A stretch of DNA of 64,000 nucleotides, taken from the NCBI GenBank assembly GCA_965248695.1, contig CBDFKD010000002.1, forward strand, positions 2,432,001 through 2,496,000. The letters run 5' to 3'. Below, piece after piece: positions 10,456 through 20,320 of this stretch. How positions within the stretch are numbered: the first letter of the stretch is position 1; each line of letters starts with the position of its first letter. The position numbers and the translations under genes were made by a program. Below the pieces are notes generated by a model. It saw only the letters and a program-made list of their open reading frames with translations. It did not search any database and was not told the DNA's origin. This stretch comes from Acidobacteriota bacterium. GTDB taxonomy: Bacteria; Acidobacteriota; UBA890; WLXD01.

Positions 10456-10663
10456 AGCCACCCTGAACAACCGCATTCGGGTTTTCCGGGCCGAGCACCG
10501 ACTGAGTCAGAGCGAGCTGGCGCGCCTGATCGGCGTTTCCCGTAAGACGATCAGCACCATCGAGGTCGGGAGGTTCGTTCCTTCGACCGTCATCGCGTTA
10601 CTGATAGCGCGTCACTTCGACGTCCCCGTGGAAGAGATCTTCTCGCTCGAAGAAGCCCCCTGA
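10448..10663 (+). CDS. XRE/Cro-family HTH transcriptional regulator
   Basis: NNRIRVFRAEHRLSQSELARLIGVSRKTISTIEVGRFVPS. Confidence 0.92.
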   Translation: MRRATLNNRIRVFRAEHRLSQSELARLIGVSRKTISTIEVGRFVPSTVIALLIARHFDVPVEEIFSLEEAP

Positions 10664-10740
10664 GGCTTCTCGGCGTGCAAATATGCGAGCAGGAACGGCG
10701 CTCCCGGGGCAAGCAGATCAGTTCCTGGAGCGCAGCGCAC

Positions 10741-12000
10741 TGACCTGACCCCGCGGTTAGTACCATGTCTTATCTCAGTAACTCGGTGCTGACAAGAGGT
10801 TGTTGAGGCCGGCGAAGCGGAGCGCAGCCGGCTTCAACAACGTCGCTTCGGGTGCGGGCGGCCGATAGCTCAGCGAGCTGTGCGGTCGCATGCGGTTGTA
10901 GTGCTGACGCCATCTCTCGATCAGAACCTTTGCCTCCTTGAGCGTGTAGAAGATCTCTCCATCCAGCAGCTCGTCGCGTAGCTTGCCGTTGAAGCTCTCC
11001 ACGTAACCGTTCTCCCACGGCGAGCCCGGCTCGATGAACAGCGTCCCCACGCCCAACCGGCCCAGCCAGTCGCGAACCGCCTCGGCGGTGAACTCTGGTC
11101 CGTTATCCGACCGGATGTGCTCAGGTATGCCCCGGTGTACGAACAACCTCCCGAGCTGCTCCAGCACGTCCTCAGAGTTGAGCTTCCGTGCTACATGGAT
11201 CGCCAGGCTTTCTCGTGTGTACTCATCGACGATCGTCAGCAGCCTCATAGCCCGACCGTCGTGCGTCCGGTGGTGCAGGAAGTCATACGCCCAGACATGA
11301 TCCCGGTGCTGTGGGCGCAGCCGGATGCAGGAGCCATCGCTCAGCCACAGCCGTGCTCGTTTGGGCTGTTTTCTCGGTACTTTCAGCCCTTCGCGCCGCC
11401 AGATACGCTGCACTCGTTTGTGGTTCACGGACCAGCCCTCCATGCGCAGCAACGCTGTCACCCTCCGATATCCGTAGCGCCCGTACTGTCGGGCTAAATC
11501 CACGATCCGCTCCGTCAAAATCTGCTCCTGTTGCGGCTCTCTTGGCACGTACCGGTGTGTCGTGCGTGGTTGTTTCAGTACCCGACACGCCCGCCTCTCC
11601 GAGACGCCCAGCCGCCCCCGTACATGTGCCACCGCCTCTCGCCGCCGAGCTGGGCTCAGAAGTTTCCCTCCGCCACTTCCTTCAGGATCGACAGGTCGAG
11701 TTCCTTTTCCGCCACCAGCCTCTTGAGCCGGGCATTCTCCTTCTCCAGTTGCTTGAGCTTTCTGGCCTGGTTGAGCTTCAGTCCGCCGTACTCTCGCCGC
11801 CACCGGTAGTAGGTGTGCTCGGTGATTGCTAGCTTGCGGCAGGCATCCTTGACCGTCGCCCCTCGAGCCAGCTCCACCTCAGCCTCCCGGAGCTTGCGTA
11901 CGATCTGCTCGGCGCTGTGCCTCTTACTCGGCATTCTGACCTCCCGTTCTTGACCCAGATCGTGAGATTACATCCGGATCCGTTTTCGGGGGTCAGGTCA
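10741..12000 (-). mobile_element. IS3-family insertion sequence, copy 1 (1260 bp)
   Basis: TGACCTGACCCC terminal IRs; orfA/orfB; flanks GCAC/CTGC show no target duplication. Confidence 0.95.
10775..11934 (-). CDS. IS3-family transposase OrfAB (-1 frameshift; orfA 11656-11934)
   Basis: HTH OrfA; DDE core (WAYDF, SDNGPEF, ESFNG); GGGAAAC slippery site at the orfA end. Confidence 0.92.
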
Positions 12001-12004
12001 CTGC

Positions 12005-12116
12005 GAAGATCCACGGGGCGCGGAACCACTCGCTAGAGGTCAGTCCACATATCGGAGATGCCCGATCTGGGAGAGCGGCGAGCTTCGACGAGCGATGTTC
12101 CCTTTCGGCTATCCGT
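12005..12116. repeat. Orphan copy of the cassette right-end/kinase upstream segment, cut by the IS end
   Basis: gatccacggggcgc...gtcagtccacatatcgg...cggctatccg aligns with 29939-30050, 33194-33300 and 35984-36090. Confidence 0.8.
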
Positions 12117-12321
12117 GCTTCAACCCACGCATGTTGGTCAAGAATCGTGTATGCCTTCCGGGGTTGTACTGAGCCGGACCTAGCGGCCTCCCGTTGACTG
12201 TCCGGACGGTACGCGGTAGTCCATGAAGAGGCTAGGAGCCTGCTCTACGCCATCACCTGGGAACACTGGGTGTTTCCGAGTCAGAGCTATGAAGTCCCGA
12301 GTAAGTCAAGGAGACCTGAGA

Positions 12322-13533
12322 ATGAAGAAGAGCGACCGCGAGCTGGGCATGGGCCGGGAGATCAACCGTCGCGACTTGCTGAACGGAGCGAGCATCGCGA
12401 TCGCGGGAACGGTCCTCGCGCCGCGTGCCTCGGACGCTAGCACCGCTCGGACGATGCCGAGTCCTCCACCCGTAGATGAACCGGTGCCAACAGGGGGTAC
12501 CGGCCACTACCTGTATGTAGCGACTCCCGGTATCAGAGACCACTTGGGCTATGGGGGTCACGGATTGCTCGTTTTCGATATAGACGACAATCACGAATTC
12601 GTGAAACGAATTAGCACCAGGGGCTTCCATGACGATGGCACCCCATCGAATGTCAAGGGCATTGATGTGAGTGTGCCGCTCAACAGTGTCTATATCTCCA
12701 CCCTCGAGGGTATGCAGCGGATAGATCTGAGTACGGAAGAGGTGGTGTGGGAAATCGCCTATGAGGGTGGCTGCGACCGCATGTCGATTTCACCTGATGG
12801 CATGACCATGTACTTGCCATCATTGGAAAAAGAGTTCTGGAACGTCGTGGATAACGAGACTGGTGATGTCATTGCCAGGATCGACGTAGATACGAGTGCA
12901 CATAACACGATCTACGGTCCTTCAGGAACTCGAGCGTATATGGCGGACTATAAGTCGCCCTGGTTGTTCGTTGCAGATACCAAGACGCACACAATCGTCC
13001 AGAAAATCGGCCATTTCAGTGCGCCTGTTCGACCGTTCACCATGAAGAGCGACGAGTCGATTGTGTATGTGAACGTTGATGATTTGCTGGGATTCGAAGT
13101 GGGAGATCTGAAGACAGGAGAAAAGCTAGCGAGTGTTCGGGTCCAGGGTTGGGACATGGGTCCCGTACAACGACATGAGAATCCAAGTCATGGAATAGCG
13201 CTGAGCCCGGATGAAAAAGAGATCTGGATTAGCGATGCCCCTAACCACCGAATTCATGTCTTTAGCGCAGAAGCCCCTTATCAACAGCTCACGACCATTG
13301 CACTACGTGACATGCCGGGTTGGGTCACTTTCACCATCGATGGTCAGTATGCCTATTCATCTAGTGGCGAAGTGATTCAGGCAAAGACACGGAGCATTCT
13401 GTATTTATTGCAAGATGAGAATTACAACACCGTTTGCAGCGAAAAGATGGTTGAGATCTATCTGCAAGACGGCACAGTAACCAAGGCAGGTGACCAATTT
13501 GGCTTGGGTAGATTAGATGTAGCAGGAGGTTAG
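12322..13533 (+). CDS. Tat-exported YncE-like beta-propeller protein
   Basis: INRRDLL Tat motif; repeated SPDG/SAHN/PSHG propeller motifs; visibly lower GC after ~12480. Confidence 0.75.
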   Translation: MKKSDRELGMGREINRRDLLNGASIAIAGTVLAPRASDASTARTMPSPPPVDEPVPTGGTGHYLYVATPGIRDHLGYGGHGLLVFDIDDNHEFVKRISTRGFHDDGTPSNVKGIDVSVPLNSVYISTLEGMQRIDLSTEEVVWEIAYEGGCDRMSISPDGMTMYLPSLEKEFWNVVDNETGDVIARIDVDTSAHNTIYGPSGTRAYMADYKSPWLFVADTKTHTIVQKIGHFSAPVRPFTMKSDESIVYVNVDDLLGFEVGDLKTGEKLASVRVQGWDMGPVQRHENPSHGIALSPDEKEIWISDAPNHRIHVFSAEAPYQQLTTIALRDMPGWVTFTIDGQYAYSSSGEVIQAKTRSILYLLQDENYNTVCSEKMVEIYLQDGTVTKAGDQFGLGRLDVAGG

Positions 13534-13704
13534 GTTTCATTGGAAAGTCGGGCAGCCGTCTCAACCGCTACATACCAGCAATTCAATCTGACTGGACGCC
13601 CAGCCGGCGGAGACGGCAGCGCCATGGCCTATGGGAATGACAGGTTGCGCACGCCGACTACGCCCCAGTCGTCGGACCCTAGGATGTGCATGCGCTAGGT
13701 GCTG

Positions 13705-13752
13705 CTACTGATCCGTCGGCACGAGCCGCTTCAGCTCGTCGAATCAGTTGGT
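13705..13752 (-). pseudogene. Ser/Thr kinase-TolB C-terminal remnant (TN*FDELKRLVPTDQ*)
   Basis: Matches remnants at 33697, 41532 and 44759 and resembles the kinase end HWVEELKARIP. Confidence 0.75.
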
Positions 13753-14023
13753 GGGCGTGAGCCAGCCGAGTACGGGCCGACGGGAAAGGCAACACTGCTG
13801 GAGTGAATCGCTGACCTGTGGACAAGAGTTCAACGTCGCAGTCTGAGTTTTGAGAGGGCAGCCGAATGATGGACCCCATGGACTTCAGTACCGGCACCAC
13901 CAACCCGGAGACTTTTCCCACCGAGGAGCTGGCCGAAGCGGCAGCCCGGGCGGTTCGAGAGCACGGGGTGGAGCTCAACACTTACCCCTGCAGCTTGGGG
14001 CACGAGGGTCTGCGCCGTTTGAT

Positions 14024-15283
14024 TGACCTGACCCCCGAAAACGGATCCGGATGTAATCTCACGATCTGGGTCAAGAACGGGAGGTCAGAATGCCGAGTAA
14101 GAGGCACAGCGCCGAGCAGATCGTACGCAAGCTCCGGGAGGCTGAGGTGGAGCTGGCTCGAGGGGCGACGGTCAAGGATGCCTGCCGCAAGCTAGCAATC
14201 ACCGAGCACACCTACTACCGGTGGCGGCGAGAGTACGGCGGACTGAAGCTCAACCAGGCCAGAAAGCTCAAGCAACTGGAGAAGGAGAATGCCCGGCTCA
14301 AGAGGCTGGTGGCGGAAAAGGAACTCGACCTGTCGATCCTGAAGGAAGTGGCGGAGGGAAACTTCTGAGCCCAGCTCGGCGGCGAGAGGCGGTGGCACAT
14401 GTACGGGGGCGGCTGGGCGTCTCGGAGAGGCGGGCGTGTCGGGTACTGAAACAACCACGCACGACACACCGGTACGTGCCAAGAGAGCCGCAACAGGAGC
14501 AGATTTTGACGGAGCGGATCGTGGATTTAGCCCGACAGTACGGGCGCTACGGATATCGGAGGGTGACAGCGTTGCTGCGCATGGAGGGCTGGTCCGTGAA
14601 CCACAAACGAGTGCAGCGTATCTGGCGGCGCGAAGGGCTGAAAGTACCGAGAAAACAGCCCAAACGAGCACGGCTGTGGCTGAGCGATGGCTCCTGCATC
14701 CGGCTGCGCCCACAGCACCGGGATCATGTCTGGGCGTATGACTTCCTGCACCACCGGACGCACGACGGTCGGGCTATGAGGCTGCTGACGATCGTCGATG
14801 AGTACACACGAGAAAGCCTGGCGATCCATGTAGCACGGAAGCTCAACTCTGAGGACGTGCTGGAGCAGCTCGGGAGGTTGTTCGTACACCGGGGCATACC
14901 TGAGCACATCCGGTCGGATAACGGACCAGAGTTCACCGCCGAGGCGGTTCGCGACTGGCTGGGCCGGTTGGGCGTGGGGACGCTGTTCATCGAGCCGGGC
15001 TCGCCGTGGGAGAACGGTTACGTGGAGAGCTTCAACGGCAAGCTACGCGACGAGCTGCTGGATGGAGAGATCTTCTACACGCTCAAGGAGGCAAAGGTTC
15101 TGATCGAGAGATGGCGTCAGCACTACAACCGCATGCGACCGCACAGCTCGCTGAGCTATCGGCCGCCCGCACCCGAAGCGACGTTGTTGAAGCCGGCTGC
15201 GCTCCGCTTCGCCGGCCTCAACAACCTCTTGTCAGCACCGAGTTACTGAGATAAGACATGGTACTAACCGCGGGGTCAGGTCA
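14024..15283 (+). mobile_element. IS3-family insertion sequence, copy 2 (1260 bp), 4-bp target duplication TGAT
   Basis: Same IRs and identical ORF translations as copy 1; TGAT at 14020-14023 and 15284-15287. Confidence 0.97.
14090..15249 (+). CDS. IS3-family transposase OrfAB (orfA 14090-14368)
   Basis: Same motifs as copy 1. Confidence 0.92.
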
Positions 15284-16297
15284 TGATGGCGAAACGAGAG
15301 CGGGACCGCGAAGGGGTAGCGATGGACCCTGAGCGGATCATGCTGACGAACGGTTCCATGCAGGCGGTAACCCTGGTTGCGGAGACCTTGTGCCAGGGCC
15401 GTGACGATGTGGTGGTCATGGAGGAGTACAGCTACTCGGGCACCATCGACGCTTACAAGTCGCTGGGTATCGAGATGGTCGGTGTTCCACTCGATGAGCA
15501 CGGCATGAAGATGGATGAGTTGGCGAAAACCCTCGCGCGTCTGCGCAAGGAGGGTCGGCTGCCGCGCTTCATTTACACGATACCGACCTACCAGAATCCA
15601 ACCGGCGCGGTCATGCCGCGAGAGCGGCGTATCGAGTTGCTGAGACTCGCGCGTGAGTACGATTGCATTGTGGTCGACGACAATTGTTACGGCGACGTTC
15701 ATTTCGAGGCCAGCCCCAAGCCGCCGGCGCTTTACACCCTGGATGACGGTCCCAACCAGATCTACATGTGCTCTTTGTCGAAGATCTTCGCCCCCGGGGT
15801 CCGTCTCGGTTATCTCACCGCGTCATCGGACGAGCTGTTCGACCGGCTCATTGCCCGGCGACACGATGCCGGTCCCAACACCCTGGCCGCCGCGATCACC
15901 GCCCAGTATCTGGAAGACAATCTCTGGGAGCACTGTGAGCGGGCGAACGTTGGCTTGAAGGAAAAGCGCGACGCGATGCTGGATGCGCTGGAGGCCGAGC
16001 TCGGCGGTCTGTGCTCGTGGTCTCACCCACCCGGCGGGTTGTTCATCTGGGTGCAGCTCCCCGATGGAGTGGATCTTGACCAGCTGGAAGCGCTGGCGGC
16101 CGAGCGCGGGGTGAGCTTTGCTCACGGTTGGGAATTCCACATCCACGCCGATCGCCGCCCATTCATTCGTCTCGCCTTTGGTTGGGCCACGGTCTCGGAC
16201 ACCCGTGAAGGAATTGCGCGTCTTGCCCGTTGTATCGAGCAAGTGCAAACCTGATCCCGCGGTGTTTGCTTACCTGGGCCCAAAGGACCTCGGCAAT

Positions 16298-17749
16298 CTA
16301 CACATTGGATAGACGCTCCAGAGTTTCCTGGTGGCGTGCACGGCTGATCCGATAGCGACTGATGGTCAGGATCGCCCCCATCCAGAGCAGGACTACCAAC
16401 GGCCCGTATGCCAACCCCAGCTTGACAATCACATCCGCTGGAACGTCACCAACAGCGGTCTCCGTGGGGAACGCGATCAGCGCCAGCAGGGTGCCGGCAA
16501 TCAACGTACCCAGTGCGTCGGCGCATTTGGACGTAAAAGTAACGGTCGAGGAGATCACGCCTTCGTTGCGACGCCCGGTCTCCAGTTCTGTCCGCTCGGT
16601 CAGGTCCGCGATCATGGAGCGCCAGCAAATGTCGAATAGCAGTAGCAGCATGGTCTCGAAACCACCGACCACCAGCATGATGTAGAAAAGCGCATCCGTG
16701 CCGTTTTCGGGAAAGAAACCGACCAAGCGCAGGCCGATGGGAATCGCGTAGAGCGCCATGCCGCCCAGCAATGCTGCGATGGCCACGGTCTTCTTCTCGC
16801 GCCCGACCCCCCAACGCGCGATGGCCGGCGGCAGAAACAGTGCGGCTACGGCCATGGGAATGACGATGATGGAAATCTGCTCGCTGGTGAACTCCCAGAA
16901 ATAACTGTAGATGTAGACCCACAGCGCGACGTAGGTGCCGACGCCGGCGTAGTACAACACACCGCCCAGGACGACGATGCGCGCCGATGCGCTGCGGAAC
17001 ACGTCTGCTACCTGACGGAAAAACTGGCTCGGGCTGAGCGGGCTATCGATCCGGTACTGCCTGAGCCGCGGTATGAACCGCCGTAGCCCAATGCTGAAGA
17101 ACAGCACAGACGCCACGATGATGATGGTGCCAACCAGGCCCGCATTCTGGTAACCGGACGGGTTCATTACACCGTCGGCATACTCCTCGGTGGGTACCAG
17201 CCAGATGGCATACATCAGCACCGACATGCCGTTGTTGAACGTCGAGTAGACGACGTGGAACCCGGTCAGCAGTCGGGTGCGCTCGTCGTAGTCCGAGGTC
17301 AGTTCGGCCACGATGGCCAAGGCCGGCACCACGAACATGGTGAGCGCGGTGCGCATCGAGACATTACAGACCGCCAACCAGGTGAACAGTAATGTGTTGC
17401 CCTCGATGAACCCCGGCGGATGCCAGAGCAAATAGAATGAAGCGGCCAATGGGAGAATCGAGGCGAACAGCCAGGGGTGGCGACGACCCCACCTCGAGCG
17501 GGTACTGTCGGACAGGTAGCCGATCAGTGGGTCTGTGATGGCGTCGAATACCAGGCCGATACCCACCGCCAGGCCGGCCAGGCCCGGGTCCAGTCCAAGT
17601 ACCTGACTGTAGTAGATCAGGACGAAGTAGTGGGCATTGCGCAGCACACCATACGCGGCGCCGCCACTGCTGTACGCCCAGTGCGTGCCTGTGGTTACTC
17701 CGGGTACATCCTGTGCCTCTGGTACCCGTGTTCTGCTGAAACTAAACAA
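16298..17749 (-). CDS. MFS transporter, glycoside-pentoside-hexuronide (MelB-like) family
   Basis: DAITDPLIGYLSDSTRSRWGRRHPW; ELTSDYDERT; ~12 TM. Confidence 0.9.
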   Translation of the reverse strand: MFSFSRTRVPEAQDVPGVTTGTHWAYSSGGAAYGVLRNAHYFVLIYYSQVLGLDPGLAGLAVGIGLVFDAITDPLIGYLSDSTRSRWGRRHPWLFASILPLAASFYLLWHPPGFIEGNTLLFTWLAVCNVSMRTALTMFVVPALAIVAELTSDYDERTRLLTGFHVVYSTFNNGMSVLMYAIWLVPTEEYADGVMNPSGYQNAGLVGTIIIVASVLFFSIGLRRFIPRLRQYRIDSPLSPSQFFRQVADVFRSASARIVVLGGVLYYAGVGTYVALWVYIYSYFWEFTSEQISIIVIPMAVAALFLPPAIARWGVGREKKTVAIAALLGGMALYAIPIGLRLVGFFPENGTDALFYIMLVVGGFETMLLLLFDICWRSMIADLTERTELETGRRNEGVISSTVTFTSKCADALGTLIAGTLLALIAFPTETAVGDVPADVIVKLGLAYGPLVVLLWMGAILTISRYRISRARHQETLERLSNV

Positions 17750-18010
17750 ACGACAGACCTCGAAAGAGGATAAGCCCCAGCGTCAAGAGCAAACTAATGG
17801 CCGGCCACGCGGTGTGAATGACATTAACGCCGTTGGGTCGCGGATCCGATAGGGGGGTGCCGCCTACTCGATGCCGCGTGGTCGCTGGCGGTGTCGAGGG
17901 CGGGTGTTCCTGTACCCGGTCTTCGTGTTAACAACACATCGTCTTGCGATGTTGTCGTCTCATTTGCCCGTTTAGCCAAGTTCGAAGGAGGCCACGCCGT
18001 GGGGAGCCGG

Positions 18011-18508
18011 ATGCCAAGATGCCCGACCGTGTTGCAGGTGGCGCTGATCCTGATCGGTTCGGCAGCGGCCGCTCACGCCCAGACCGAGTCGCAGGATCCG
18101 TTGATCGGCACCTGGACACTCAACGCCGAGAAGTCGGTCTTTCGCGGGAACCAACCTCCGCCGACCAGTCTGACGAGAACGTTCGACTACACCAAAGACG
18201 GGCAGATTCTCGTGACGCTCGAGACCGTGAACGCTCGTGGCCGCTCATTTCTCCACTGGTACTTGGGATTCGATGACAAGGAGCACCCGGAATTCGGAAG
18301 GGAATCCGGGGCAGAGCCGACGTACTGGCTTTCGGCCAAAGTGATCGATCCCTACACGAAAGAGGTGATAGATCGGGTTGCGGACCAAGACGAGCCATTT
18401 CTGATTATCACCTTCGCCGTCTCGAAAGACGGCAAGGCCATGACAATGACGTACAAGGACATGGATGGCACGATCGGCAACGTCGTCGTGTACGACAAGG
18501 TGTTCTAG
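18011..18508 (+). CDS. Exported hypothetical protein (lipocalin-like beta barrel)
   Basis: Signal peptide; DPLIGTWTLNAEKS motif; terminal VVVYDK. Confidence 0.7.
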   Translation: MPRCPTVLQVALILIGSAAAAHAQTESQDPLIGTWTLNAEKSVFRGNQPPPTSLTRTFDYTKDGQILVTLETVNARGRSFLHWYLGFDDKEHPEFGRESGAEPTYWLSAKVIDPYTKEVIDRVADQDEPFLIITFAVSKDGKAMTMTYKDMDGTIGNVVVYDKVF

Positions 18509-18637
18509 TGAGTGCCGCTTAGCTTGAAGCGAGCACAATCGTGGGCGCAGGCGACACGACCAACACAGCCAGGCCTCTGTTAGATTGGTTGCTGCACCCG
18601 CCAGATTGCATCCACATACCAGTTGAAAGGAGTCAGC

Positions 18638-19075
18638 ATGATTGCCAAGTCCACAGCAGCGGCGGCACTAGCAGCCTTCATACTTGTCGGGACCGTGGCG
18701 GCTCAGAGCGGCGACGGACTGGAAGCGAACAAGGCCCTGGCGGACCGGTATCACCTGGAGGTAATCCAGGGAAAGAACCTCGACCTTATCGACGAGATCT
18801 TCGTAGCGAACCCAGTGATCCACTATGGATCGCCGGACGTCACCGGTCGTGACAAAGCGCGACAGATAGCTGAGGTCGACTATACATACTTCCCCGGTGG
18901 TACAGATTTCAAGCACGACCAGGTCGTTGCGGAAGGTAACCTCGTCGCCTTCCGCTGGACAATGACTGGTATCCAAGAGTCCGGGGAGGAGTCGTTGTAC
19001 ACCGGAATCGATATCGTCCGCATCGAGAACGGCCGGATCGCAGAGATGTGGATCGAGTTGAATCCGGTCGAATGA
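18638..19075 (+). CDS. SnoaL-like ester cyclase family protein, exported
   Basis: EANKAL...VAEGNLVAFRW...GIDIVRIENGRIAEMW; paralog at 52969-53409. Confidence 0.85.
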   Translation: MIAKSTAAAALAAFILVGTVAAQSGDGLEANKALADRYHLEVIQGKNLDLIDEIFVANPVIHYGSPDVTGRDKARQIAEVDYTYFPGGTDFKHDQVVAEGNLVAFRWTMTGIQESGEESLYTGIDIVRIENGRIAEMWIELNPVE

Positions 19076-19408
19076 GGGCAAGCGAGATCGACGCGTTCGC
19101 GATGTGAGCTACTTGATGCCAGGCGGCTTACAAGCAGATCCCGCGCGGGCTGGATATCAGCATCCCGGAGATTCCTGACTAGGCGATCCGGGAGCCCCTT
19201 TCCGCTGCACCTATGGGTTCGCGCAACAGGCCGAGCAAGAAGCTCTTGGCCAGGTACAGTAGCGCCGCCACGACAGCGGACCCCGCCGCGATTCCGAGGT
19301 TCACGGCGAGAAAACCGAAAGGCACGGCCAGTCCGTCGACAGCGAGGGCCGTGTAGCACCAGGGCGCCTCGTGGCCCGACCGTTGATGCGTGCGTATGGC
19401 GCATCACA

Positions 19409-19429
19409 TATTACGCAACGCGTGATACT
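19409..19429 (+). promoter_or_regulatory. Putative HigA operator overlapping the -10 box
   Basis: Imperfect palindrome TATTACGC-AAC-GCGTGATA; GATACT 8 nt before the higB ATG. Confidence 0.6.
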
Positions 19430-19437
19430 CTGAGTCT

Positions 19438-19716
19438 ATGATCCGCTCTTTCAAGTGCAAGGATACCGGAGCGCTATTCGGTGATGTCGCGGTTCGACGG
19501 TTCCGGCCCTTCGAGAAAGTGGCTCGGCGGAAGCTATTGTTGCTGCATCAAGCGCGTCGACTGGACGATCTTCGGGTACCGCCTGGTAATCGGCTCGAGG
19601 CTATGAAGGGGACGCGCAGGGGGCAACACAGCATCCGGATAAACAGTCAATGGCGTGTCTGCTTCCGTTGGACGAGAGGCAACGCACTCGATGTAGAAAT
19701 TGTTGACTACCACTGA
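19438..19716 (+). CDS. higB: HigB (RelE/ParE family) toxin
   Basis: MIRSFK...DLRVPPGNRLE...GQHSIRINSQWRVCFRW...VEIVDYH. Confidence 0.95.
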   Translation: MIRSFKCKDTGALFGDVAVRRFRPFEKVARRKLLLLHQARRLDDLRVPPGNRLEAMKGTRRGQHSIRINSQWRVCFRWTRGNALDVEIVDYH

Positions 19717-19723
19717 GCGAATC

Positions 19724-20029
19724 ATGAACAGACAGCCGAAAAACCTCGAGCCCATTCATCCCGGCGAGATTCTGATGGAGGAGTTCATGAAGCCGTTGAA
19801 CATCAGTATCAACCGGCTTGCGCGCGAGCTCTGCGTGCCTCCCGGTAGAATCAGCGCGATCGTCAACGGCAAGCGTTCGATAACTGCCGACACGGCTCTG
19901 CGACTAGGCAGGTTCCTCGGGGTTTCGCCGGAGATTTGGACGGGGTTGCAGTCCGACTACGAGCTGCGGATCGCGCGGCGCACCGTCGGCACTGAGATCG
20001 AGGAACGCGTACGCACGCACGTAGCTTAG
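19724..20029 (+). CDS. higA: HigA antitoxin
   Basis: PIHPGEILMEEF...ITADTALRLGRF...WTGLQ. Confidence 0.95.
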   Translation: MNRQPKNLEPIHPGEILMEEFMKPLNISINRLARELCVPPGRISAIVNGKRSITADTALRLGRFLGVSPEIWTGLQSDYELRIARRTVGTEIEERVRTHVA

Positions 20030-20043
20030 CAATCGAGTCAGGT

Positions 20044-20085
20044 GCGCCCGTAGCTCAGCTGGATAGAGCAGCGGACTTCTAATCC
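20044..20085 (+). repeat. tRNA-Arg 5' half, copy 1 (left border)
   Basis: GCGCCCGTAGCTCAGCTGGATAGAGCAGCGGACTTCTAATCC matches 47082-47123. Confidence 0.97.
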
Positions 20086-20231
20086 AAACGCGCGCAGTTG
20101 GTTCGCGTTGGCGCTCGTTGTTTCTTCTTTGCTGCCGCTGGGTTGCGTTGGCAACGGATCAGCGCGCTCTTGGTTCTAGTTGGCCCCAGGTGGTGCTGGT
20201 CGGTTTCCCGCGGGCACAATCTCGGGCACAG
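20086..20231 (+). repeat. Type A left arm (also at 26477-26625, 30250-30399, 33502-33650, 36292-36440)
   Basis: 10-bp-phased TTGG runs followed by GGGCACA-N5-GGGCACA. Confidence 0.9.
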
Positions 20232-20320
20232 TTCAGAACGGTCAAACGGCATCGCCACTGGTGCTCGTCGGCATCACTACTCGTTCGCAGCAACTAGAAA
20301 CTGGTTCAGGAGGACTTGCA

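Larger units (their letters stand above)
13866..16254 (+). pseudogene. PLP-dependent aminotransferase (LysN/MocR-like) interrupted by IS3
   Basis: Removing the IS and one TGAT restores the frame (GLRRL-MAKRE); YQNPTG and SLSKIFAPGVRLG motifs. Confidence 0.9.

Noticed and set aside
10741-15283. Composite transposon formed by the two IS3 copies
   Set aside because: Copy 2 has its own target duplication inside a gene, and the outer flanks do not match
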